A stretch of DNA of 64,000 bases from Ylistrum balloti (lineage: Eukaryota), in NCBI RefSeq assembly GCF_031769215.1, contig NW_026782259.1:434001-498000 (forward strand), in the 5' to 3' direction. Positions 13,601 through 25,600 of the stretch are shown here, piece by piece. A program made the position numbers and the translations under genes. Each line of letters begins with the position of its first letter. Within the stretch, counting starts at the first letter, position 1. The notes beneath the pieces were generated by a model. The model ran no database searches and had not been told where the DNA came from. It saw only the letters and a list, made by a program, of their open reading frames with translations.

Positions 13601-16600
13601 CACACACGAACACTGTAGACCTGACACACACAAACACTGTAGACCTGACACACACAAACACTGTAGATCAGACACACACAAACACTGTAGACCTGACACA
13701 CACAAACACTGTAGACCTGACACACACAAACACTGTAGACCTGACACACACAAACACTGTAGATCAGACACACACAAACACTGTAGACCTGACACACACA
13801 AACACTGTAGACCTGACACACACAAACACTGTAGATCAGACACACACAAACACTGTAGACCTGACACACACAAACACTGTAGATCAGACACACACAAACA
13901 CTGTAGACCTGACACACACAAACACTGTAGATCAGACACACACAAACACTGTAGATCAGACACACACGAACACTGTAGACCTGACACACACAAACACTGT
14001 AGATCAGACACACACAAACACTGTAGACCAGACACACACAAACACTGTAGACCAGACACACACAAACAATGTAGACCTGACACACACAAACACTGTAGAC
14101 CTGACACACACAAACACTGTAGACCTGACACACACAAACACTGTAGATCAGACACACGCAAACACTGTAGACCTGACACACGCAAACACTGTAGATCAGA
14201 CACACACAAACACTGTAGACCTGACACACACAAACACTGTAGATCAGACACACACAAACACTGTAGACCTGACACACACAAACACTGTAGATCAGACACA
14301 CACAAACACTGTAGACCTGACACACACAAACACTGTAGACCTGACACACACAAACACTGTAGATCAGACACACACAAACACTGTAGACCTGACACACACA
14401 AACACTGTAGACCAGACACAAACACTGTAGACCTGACACACACAAACACTGTAGACCAGACACAAACAAACACTGTAGACCTGACACACACAAACACTGT
14501 AGACCTGACACACACAAACACTGTAGACCTGACACACACAAACACTGTAGACCTGACACACACAAACACTGTAGACCAGACACACACAAACACTGTAGAT
14601 CAGACAAACACTGTAGACCTGACACACACAAACACTGTAGACCTGACACACACAAACACTGTAGACCTGACACACACAAACACTGTAGATCAGACACACG
14701 CAAACACTGTAGTCCTGAAACTTGGAAACACTGTAGTAGACCTGAAAGTTGGAAACACTGTAGGCCTAAAACATGGAAACACAGTGGACCTCACAGCTGA
14801 TTCACGATACATCACATGTATAGAACACTAGGATTATATAGATAGATGCAAATACTCCTCAATACCAGGTAGACATATCATTCAAATTGAATAAAAGCAG
14901 CTACAATGAAGCATCACCAGCTTATGTCTGATCCATTGATAATTAATAAGCTGCAAAGTAAACTTTACAAATTTTATTGTATCATTACATCCTCATATTA
15001 GGGAGTTATACAGCTCCAAACTGAGGGTACTTAGTTGAAATCGATCAGAAAAACTGTATTTTGTAAAGATGATGAACACAGTCTAATAGCAACTATACAA
15101 TACACACACCTTCCAACTTTGTGGTGGGACGATCTTGCACATTCCATACGGTTCTGCTACCATTGTGACAGACTGTATGTACTTGATAGGATCAGAGAAT
15201 TCTTCCTCATTAGGGTAAAATGTAGGAGCCTCAACAAGTCTGGCAGGCTGCCCTGGCCCAGGAAAAGGCTCTTGTTTCACTTCCTTGTCAACCGACAGGT
15301 TGTCTTTCAGCCTTTTCTTCACTGTAGTGTCCATAAAAATAACAATTGTAGGTTCTATAATACCATTATAAATTAACTATTGTGGTTGTGTGAATTTATC
15401 AATGTGCTAAAGTGATAATGCGCTAAAATTGGATTGCACCACATTAGATATGTTTGCAGTAAAACTGTAGATTTGAATTATAAATATATAAATATATATA
15501 AAATATAAACCTTATTTATTTTACAACAATTGCGAAACAAGTTATGTCAACTTATACTAATCACTCTTGTTGGCCCGGATGTAAGCGCGCGAGGGGTCTT
15601 ATTGTGGGAGGAAACCGGAGTACCCGGGGAAAACCCACGTGGTCGGGTAGGTGACCCCTTACCTTTTCACGTCCGTTCCGGGAATCGAACCCCGGTCGGC
15701 TAGGTGAAAGGCGAGTGCGTTACCACTGCGCCACCCGACCACCCTAGATTTGAATTGACAGTCATACATGTTTTATATAACTTATGGAACTTCAACTTTC
15801 AATTTCTACATATTTTGTTCACTTTAAAACATTATTAGCTAAAATAAGATACTGTACAAGTTTTCTTAGAAACATTTTTGCCAGATATAGTACAAATGAG
15901 ATATTAAAGCTCATATGATGAAGACTGATATTTCTATAAATCATAAATACTTCTTCATACTGGTCTTACCTGAGGGTTTCCGCTTTTGTTTCACAGAATC
16001 AGACCCTGAATTTCGAGATCCTTGCTTGACTGAATCTGACATCAAAATGTCTGTTTTAGAGTCCTTTTCTCCTTTCACTAAAAGTTTTCTCCGTTTCTCA
16101 GTTGGAGATAATGATTCAAATTTCTTTTTCTGATCTATTTTATATTTCACATCATCCTTTATATTTTTCTGTTTGATTTGAGATCGTTTCTTGCTGGATT
16201 CAATAACTCCTTTATTGTTCCCAGCAGTAGCTGGACTGACGGCTGGGATAGTAGACTCCTCCACACACCCCTCTGCTCTCAACACAATTCCTGATCGTGT
16301 ATGAACCCCAGATGAACTATCACATTCTACTTGAGTATTCTTTTGTCCTAAAACTTTTGTATTCTCTGTCTTCTCTGTTTTCACTTTTCTCTTCACTTGA
16401 CGTAATTGAATTTTTCCATGAGTTTTGGCCTTTTGAGATTTTTTTTCCACCTTCTGCAGTCTAGTTTTCTTTAAAGGTGCACTACTGGAAGGGCCTTCAG
16501 AGTCTAGCTCTGATTTACGTTTCCTATTTGTATACGATTCTGGGGATTGTTTAAACACAAAGCTGACCTCATGATCAAATTCATCATCTTCAAGGTAACA

Positions 16601-19600
16601 ACTGTTCCAACGTAGTTTTGCTTTTCTCTGAGGAAGTCTGTGTGCAATAAATTTAGTAGCTGGTTTAAATTTCTTCTTTTTCTTTACAATATTAGCGTTA
16701 CTGAGTTGCCTCCCCTTTTGAATGATTTTTTCTGGAGTTGGTTTTGTTGTTCGTCTGTTCTTTTCTCGTTGTCCTTTAGTTTTCATCTGTTGTCAAAATA
16801 AAACATTGAATAGAATAATTTCACCATAAGGATTACATATATGTAATGGTCTTCACTTATAGCAAAGTTAAGAAGAGTGTACTTTTTATAACATAATTGG
16901 AACAAATCAAATTTTAAATAATTTTCTAAATTATATATGCAACAACATTGAAGTTTCTAAAACAGACATTTGAATTTAATCAATTTCACTGGACAAATTT
17001 CTTTACAATTTTTCTGAATGCAACATATTATGTGTTTTATGTTATTTCTCATAGATAATAAGTATATTAGTAACATATCAAACAGTAAACAAAAAGACTT
17101 TTGTTTGTAAAATTAACATTGAAATAAACAAAAGAAACCTGGTTGGTAAAGTTAACAGTAGCGTTAATGATAAAATAAATTTGAAATTTCAAACCATGCA
17201 ATAAACATAGAGAAAGTTTGTGAGACATGCGAAGGCAATCCTCTCAAGTTTTATATAACAGGGTATCCCAAGAGATGAGTTAAGGGGAATTCCCCAGGTT
17301 TGGTCAATGAAAAATAAGACCATATATACCTGGTAGCCTTTTAGTTTATCAGTAGGTAATACCTTGACTTTAAACTGTAAAAAAATTGTTAGTTCTACAA
17401 AACAAAGTAACTTGTTTTAACATGTAACAAATTTAATATACAAATATGTTTTGCATGCCAACTCAACTGAACTCAAGATGAAATATAACCCACTTACGTT
17501 TTGCGTGGAGCTCTTTTTTAAACAATATCATTATCTCAGCTTCGTAAGTTAACAATAGACAAATCCTTCAGAACTGGCTGGACAAGTCTGGCATACCGCT
17601 CATCATTGGTTACAAAATAATTCTCAACAATACTTCAATTATCATGAACAATACAAGAAATAATCAGGTGTCTTCGCTTGCAAATGAAGTTGTAAGAAGT
17701 AAAAACATTGTCTTTTTATTTGGCAGTTGCAGCTATGGACAACATGCTTGCTGTGTTGTTTAAAACCTGTTGCTAAAGGCAACATGTATGTTGTGTTGTT
17801 TGACAGTTGTTGCCAAAGGTAATACACCTGTTTTCTTGTGTGTGATAGTTGTAGCTGTAAACAACATGTCTGTTGTGTGTGATAGTTGTAGCTGTAAACA
17901 ACATGTTTGTTGTGTTGTTTAAAACCTGTTGCTAAAGGCAACACATCTGTCATGGTTTTTGACAGTTTTAGCTGTAAACAACATGTCTATTGAGTTGTTT
18001 GACAGTTGTAGCTGTAAACAACATGTCTGTTGAGTTGTATGACAGTTGTAGCTGTAAACAACATGTCTGTTGAGTTGTATGACAGTTGTAGCTGTAAACA
18101 ACATGTCTTTTGTGTTGTTTGACAGTTGTAGCTGTAAACAACATGTCTGTTGAGTTGTATGACAGTTGTAGCTGTAAACAACATGTCTTTTGAATTGTTT
18201 GACAGTTGTAGCTGTAAACAACATGTCTGTTGAGTTGTATGACAGTTGTAGCTGTAAACAACATGGCTGTTGAGTTGTATGACAGTTGTAGCTGTAAACA
18301 ACATGTCTGTTGTGTTGTTTGACAGTTGTTGCTGTAAACAACATGTCTGTTGTATTGTTTGACAGTTGTTGCTGTAAATAACATGTCTGTTGAGTTGTAT
18401 GACAGTTGTAGCTGTAAATAACATGTCTGTTGTGTTGTTTGACAGTTGTAGCTGTAAACAACATGTCTGTTGAGTTGTATGACAGTTGTAGCTGTAAACA
18501 ACATGTCTGTTGAGTTGTATGACAGTTGTAGCTGTAAACAACATGTCTGTTGAGTTGCATGACAGTTGTAGCTGTAAACAACATGTCTGTTGAGTTGTAT
18601 GACAGTTGTAGCTGTAAATAACATGTCTGTTGTGTTGTTTGACAGTTGTAGCTGTAAACAACATGTCTGTTGTGTTGTTTGACAGTTGTTGCTGTTAACA
18701 ACATGTCTGTTGTGTTGTTTGACAGTTGTAGCAGTAAACAACATCAATGTTGTGTTGTCTGACAGTTGTAGCTGTAAACAACATGTCTGTTGAGTTGTAT
18801 GACAGTTGTAGCTGTAAATAACATGTCTGTTGTGTTGTTTGACAGTTGTAGCTGTTAACAACAAGTCTGTTGTGTTGTTTGACAGTTGTAGCTGTTAACA
18901 ACAAGTCTGTTGTGTTGTTTGACAGTTGTAGCAGTAAACACCACCATCAATGTTGTGTTGTCTGACAGTTGTAGCTGTAAACAACATGTCTATTGAGATG
19001 TATGACAGTTGTAGCTGTAAACAACATGTCTGTTGTGTTGTTTGACAGTTGTAGCAGTAAACAACATCAATGTTGTGTTGTATGACAGTTGTAGCTGTAG
19101 ACAACATCAATGTTGTGTTGTATGACAGTTGTAGCTGTAGACAACATCAATGTTGTGTTGTCTGACAATTGTAGCTTACTTTCCTTACAAAATTAAATAA
19201 ATCTCATCGAGTAAATTACATCTAATCTGACAAGAACATTTTTCTCTTCACACAATACTGCTAAAAACATTCATCTGATCTCAACATTTATTACAAAAAC
19301 TAAATTCCAAAAGTGGTAAGAAAATGAAAAGTATCTATACAAAGTTTACCCTTTTTATAACTAAGAAGATTGGGCAACAAGAAAAAAATATCATAGTTAA
19401 TTCCTAGGAAAAAGAGAAATACTGGCGTTAAGTAACAATCATGGGATTGGAGAGTCTGTACATCAAAGCACTTACAGTAACATAACAACACTATACACTG
19501 TATATACCCCTGGTATCTAGATATATCAGAAAATAAAAAGATTTCAAACCTAAATATTTGTTAGATAACAGTGAAGAGCCACTTGGGCTGGTAAACTGAT

Positions 19601-22600
19601 AGAGGGGGAAAGTATTAGATAAACTAACACATACAGTATAACAGAGACATACAATTGTAGGGGGATTATTAGGTAAACTCACACACATGATGATAGTGAC
19701 ACTACAACTGTAGGGGGGATTATTAGGTAAACTAACACCCATGATGATAGTGACACTACAACTGTAGGGGGATTATTAGATAAACTCACACACATGATGA
19801 TAGTGACACTACAACTGTAGGGGGATTATTAGGTAAACTAACACACATGATGATAGTGACACTACAACTGTAGGGGGATTATTAGGTAAACTCACACACA
19901 TGATGATAGTGACACTACAACTGTAGGAGGATTATTAGGTAAACTCACACACATGATGATAGTGACACTACAACTGTAGGGGGATTATTAGGTAAACTCA
20001 CACACATGATGATAGTGACACTACAACTGTAGGGGGGGATTATTAGGTAAACTAACACCCATGATGATAGTGACACTACAACTGTAGGGGGGATTATTAG
20101 GTAAACTAACACACATGATGATAGTGACACTACAACTGTAGGGGGGGATTATTAGGTAAACTAACACACATGATGATAGTGACACTACAACTGTAGGGGG
20201 GATTATTAGGTAAACTAACACACATGATGATAGTGACACTACAACTGTAGGGGGATTATTAGGTAAACTAACACACATGATGATAGTGACACTACAACTG
20301 TAGGGGGGGATTATTAGGTAAACTCACACACATGATAATAGTAACACTACAACTGTAGGGGGATTATTAGGTAAACTAACACACATGATAATAGTAACAC
20401 TACAACTGTAGGGGGATTATTAGGTAAACTAACACACATGATAATAGTAACACTACAACTGTAGGGGGATTATTAGGTAAACTAACACACATGATAATAG
20501 TAACACTACAACTGTAGGGGGATTATTAGGTAAACTAACACACATGATGATAGTAACACTACAACTGTAGGGGGGAATATTAGGTAAACTAACACACATG
20601 ATAATAGTGACACTACAACTGTAGGGGGATTATTAGGTAAACTAACACACATGATAATAGTAACACTACAACTGTAGGGGGGATTATTAGGTAAACTAAC
20701 ACACATGATGATAGTGACACTGCAACTGTAGGGGGATTATTAGGTAAACTAACACACATGATAATAGTAACACTACAACTGTAGGGGGATTATTAGGTAA
20801 ACTAACACACATGATGATAGTAACACTACAACTGTAGGGGGATTATTAGGTAAACTCACACACATGGTGATAGTGACACTACAACTGTAGGGGGATTATT
20901 AGGTAAACTAACACACATGATAATAGTAACACTACAACTGTAGGGGGGATTATTAGGTAAACTCACACACATGATGATAGTGACACTACAACTGTAGGGG
21001 GATTATTAGATAAACTCACACACATAATGATAGTGACACTACAACTGTAGGAGGATTATTAGGTAAACTAACACACATGATGATTGTAACACTACAACTG
21101 TAGGGGGATTATCAGGTAAACTCACACACATGGTGATAGTGACACTACAACTGTAGGGGGATTATTAGGTAAACTAACACACATGATGATAGTAACACTA
21201 CAACTGTAGGGGGAATATTAGATAAACTCACACACATGATGATAGTAACACTACAACTGTAGGGGGATTATTAGGTAAACTCACACACATGGTGATAGTG
21301 ACACTACAACTGTAGGGGGATTATTAGGTAAACTAACACACATGGTGATAGTGACACTACAACTGTAGGAGGATTATTAGGTAAACTAACACACATGGTG
21401 ATAGTAACACTACAACTGTAGGGGGATTATTAGATAAACTCACACACATGATGATAGTGACACTACAACTGTAGGGGGATTATTAGGTAAACTAACACAC
21501 ATGATGATAGTAACACTACAACTGTAGGGGGATTATTAGGTAAACTCACACACATGGTGATAGTGACACTACAACTGTAGGGGGATTATTAGGTAAACTC
21601 ACACACATGATGATAGTGACACTACAACTGTAGGAGGATTATTAGGTAAACTAACACACATGGTGATAGTAACACTACAACTGTAGGGGGATTATTAGAT
21701 AAACTCACACACATGATGATAGTGACACTACAACTGTAGGGGGATTATTAGGTAAACTAACACACATGATGATAGTAACACTACAACTGTAGGGGGATTA
21801 TTAGGTAAACTCACACACATGGTGATAGTGACACTACAACTGTAGGGGGATTATTAGGTAAACTCACACACATGATGATAGTGACACTACAACTGTAGGG
21901 GGATTATTAGATAAACTCACACACATGATGATAGTGACACTACAACTGTAGGGGGATTATTAGGTAAACTCACACACATGATGATAGTGACACTACAACT
22001 GTAGGGGGGGGATTATTAGGTAAACTCACACACATGATGATAGTAACACTAGAACTGGAGGGGGATTATTAATTATAACATGCTATCAAAGCACATGTAT
22101 TGTCAGTGGCATGTCTTATCACAAGGGTAGTAACAATACAGGCAGACACTTCCTCATAGTTCTAATAATACCAACACTCACATTTGATTTACATTAGAAA
22201 GAGCAAAAGAATAAACATACAACCCATAGTACATTAATCACATGATGTGTTTGGTCTAATGAATGTTAGACAACATTATGTAATTTTGTTATAAATTCTG
22301 TAATATTACCATGTTTTGATCAGAGCAATTACTCTGCATCTTAGGGACCCTGTCAGATAAAATTAAAATCTAATATATATCCTATGTAAGCTGCTATATT
22401 TAATCTTGATAACAAAGTTTCATTGATGTATCTAAAATGGTTACAAGCTTTATGACAAGAAAATGAGAAATCAACAAAGAAAAATAACTTTCTTCAACTG
22501 ACTGTATAGCATCAACAAGAGACCCAAAGACCCTAACATGTCACCTGAGTTCAATAACTTGTTCTTGTGTCATATGTCATATGAAAATCTTGTAAACAAA

Positions 22601-25600
22601 GTAAGATAACTTTTACTACATGTTGCATATAATGCAAGTGTAAACTGTACAAAATTAACTGCCATCCCCTGTTTAGGATTCTAAGTAAACTTAAATTACT
22701 TTGGGGTCATCAAATCAACTGGTATGTCTTAAAACAGTTGAGAGTGTATCAAAAGTACTACAGAATAGTTATAATCCTACAAACCATGCCAAAAAATCAG
22801 CTATCAGCAAATAGAAAAAGGTACAAAACAGCTATAAGTCAAATACAACCATGCAAATTAGCAATAACCTTATTCTTAATCCTTTCCAAATAGTGCAACA
22901 TAGTGGACATCACAACAATAATGACAAGAGAATATAAAGGTCACATGATGCAGTACAAGTAAGTTACAAGACTGAAACCAGTCCAATGGACCTAAACCAC
23001 CACTGTAGTTCTAATGTTTAGGATTTTCATTTCCGCATGCAATTGATTGGTGATAATGTAAATAAAGCACAGTTAGGGGGAATAACTCTAATAGTATTGT
23101 TAAGGGTTCAAATACTAATATGGTATCAGTTTGATTTTGATAAAGCATGACTAACAGCTACCTGTCCCTTATTTTAATCCTGGAAACAATCCAAATTGTA
23201 ACTCTATCTTTAAGCAAGGGTTCATACAATACCTCAGACCCTTTCTATCCACAAAAAATATTTGTAACAAATTCAAATTAGACTTGTTTTTGTTCATCCC
23301 TTCAGCGCCTTGGAATAGGGACAATATAGCTCAACCTTTAAAAGGTCCTGCACATACCAGTGAAATCAGTTATGGTGTGTTAGACACAGTCACAGTTACA
23401 TAGCACATCATGTGCAAAAAATAGTAACAGACAAATGGGATCTGACACTGTAAAGATGTTTTTATGTCTTTACAGTACGTCTCAGGTGATCCTCAAATAC
23501 TGTAAACATAACACAGATAAACACTATATGGAGCAAAAGCAAAACAACCATATAACCAAACATTACGTAAAAGTACATAAGCATACAAAATGAAAAGCAC
23601 TTTCAACTATAGCACAAGAAAATTCAAAGTTAGAATCAAAACAAAATATGCATTGCAGTCGGGTACCTTGTAAATAACTTAACACAAAGTTTCAATCCAA
23701 TCCATCAGAGGGTGGGAGGGGCAGGGTAGAGTGTTACACTGTATACACAAAGTAAGTCTGTTTAGTGAGGTAACTCTAAAACAGAGGGTGGGAGGGGCAG
23801 GGTAGAGTGTTACACAGTATACACAAAGTAAATCTGTTTAGTGAGGTATCTCTCTAAAACAGAGGGTGGGAGGGGCAGGGTAGAGTGTTACACTGTATAC
23901 ACAAAGTAAGTTTGTTTAGTGAGGTATCTCTCTAAAACAGAGGGTGGGAGGGTAGAGTGTTACCCTGTATACACAAAGTAAGTCTGTTTAGTGAGGTATC
24001 TCTCTAAAACAGAGGGTGGGAGGGTAGAGTGTTACACTGTATACACAAAGTAAGTTTGTTTAGTGAGGTATCTCTCTAAAACAGAAGGTGGGAGGGTAGA
24101 GTGTTACCCTGTATACACAAAGTTAGTCTGTTTAGTGAGGTATCTCTCTATAACAGAGGGTGGGAGGGGCAGGGTAGAGTGTTTTACCAGGAGGTGACCT
24201 GTTATCCTGCTGTATTTCACTATCACTTGCTTTAACAGAGGTAGCATCAAGAGACTTCATCTCCAGTTTGCGTTCTCGAATGGACGTCAGAACAGAGTAA
24301 GGTGGAGCAGGATGAGGCAAAATGGAGGCACTTGCCCTGATTGGACAATTAGCCACCTTTGCATGAACAACAGACTTGGCAAGAGGTGGATATTCATGGT
24401 CTAGTGAAGATGTGGGTGAAGCTATAAGGTGACATGCAGGTGGATCTATGACATGTGACATGGGTGGATCTATACGAACAATTTTGGATGAGGAAGAAGC
24501 TTCCGTGTGAGGTATTGGTGGAGATATTTGAGATCGAGGATTAAGTGCTGACACAGGAGGTAGGAGAAATGAAACAAAAGCTTTTTTTCTAGCTCTTGGC
24601 TTTGAAGAAGGTGTTGAAGTTTTACACTTATACCTTGCAAGAATTCCCTTGTGTTTTGACAGGGTTTTAGGGGAGGGTGACGTCAATGTTGGGGATTCTA
24701 AACTATCTATGAATCCACTGTCGTCAATATTGACAGCACAACCTACAGATAAGGGTGTGGTCGATTTTACAGTTTGCTGAGGCAAAGTTTTTGTAATCTT
24801 ATCTACAGGGTGATGGTCTTCTTCAACACATTTTAAGACTGTGTCTTCAACACATCTTGAGACTTTGTCTTCAACACATCTTGAGACCGTGTCTTCAACA
24901 CATTTTAAAGCTGTGTCTTCAACACATCTTGAGACCGTGTCTTCAACACATCTTGAGACCGTGTCTTCAACACATCTTGAGACTTTGTCAGACTCAATTT
25001 GTTGACTGGTAATTTTTGGTGGTGTTGTTTTGTATCTCTTTCCAACAGTGAGTTCTGAATAAGATGTGCTTGTATCAGATAAAACAGACTCTAGGGGAAA
25101 TGTCCATTGAGAAGGGCTGGAAAATATTGGGTCTTCTGACTCATTGGTTAATATTTCTCCAACATCAACATTAGGGGAATTAGCAGGTGCAGTGTCTGGA
25201 TGGCAGGAAATAACAGGAGGTGGGGCATTGTTTGTAACCTCAATATCTAAGTAACGAGATTGGCACATTTTCATCATAGACTCATGTTCCATACTGAATC
25301 TATCTTTATTCAAAGAATTGAATTGTGAGAAAAGGGGGACAAATACTTCTGGAGGTTTCTCAAAGGCAACGGCAACACTTGTATCTGGTAACTGGGAAGA
25401 TCTTAAAGTATCATTCCCAGACAAAGAAAGGGATTGTGTACAGCAGGATATGACATCACAGCAAACAACATCTTGCAGGGACACTGTTTGGATAGGACAG
25501 GAAATTTCTTCCTCATTGGATATGAAATCACAGGAAACAGAATCTTGAAAAGACAAAGTTTGTGTAGGGCAGGCTATAACATCACCCTCAGTAGAAACCA

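Noticed and set aside
13240-14831. ORFs of 487, 380 and 456 aa (Cys/His-rich, metallothionein- or keratin-like look)
   Set aside because: They are translations of a 24-bp intronic minisatellite, open in several frames on both strands, with no splice or homology support.
15680-15740. tRNA gene
   Set aside because: The A and B boxes are followed by a SINE body, tail and TSD; there is no complete cloverleaf or acceptor stem.
17642-19110. Multiple TTQQTCC-type ORFs
   Set aside because: 40-bp repeat cycling through frames; intronic.
19491-20706. VSLPNNPP / VLVYLIIPP ORFs
   Set aside because: 53-bp repeat artefacts broken by G-run length variation.
22080-23700. Small phase 1->0 exon candidates (about 22360 and about 23490) to bridge the giant and basic exons
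   Set aside because: Weak donors and no recognisable conserved peptide; cannot be supported without RNA data.
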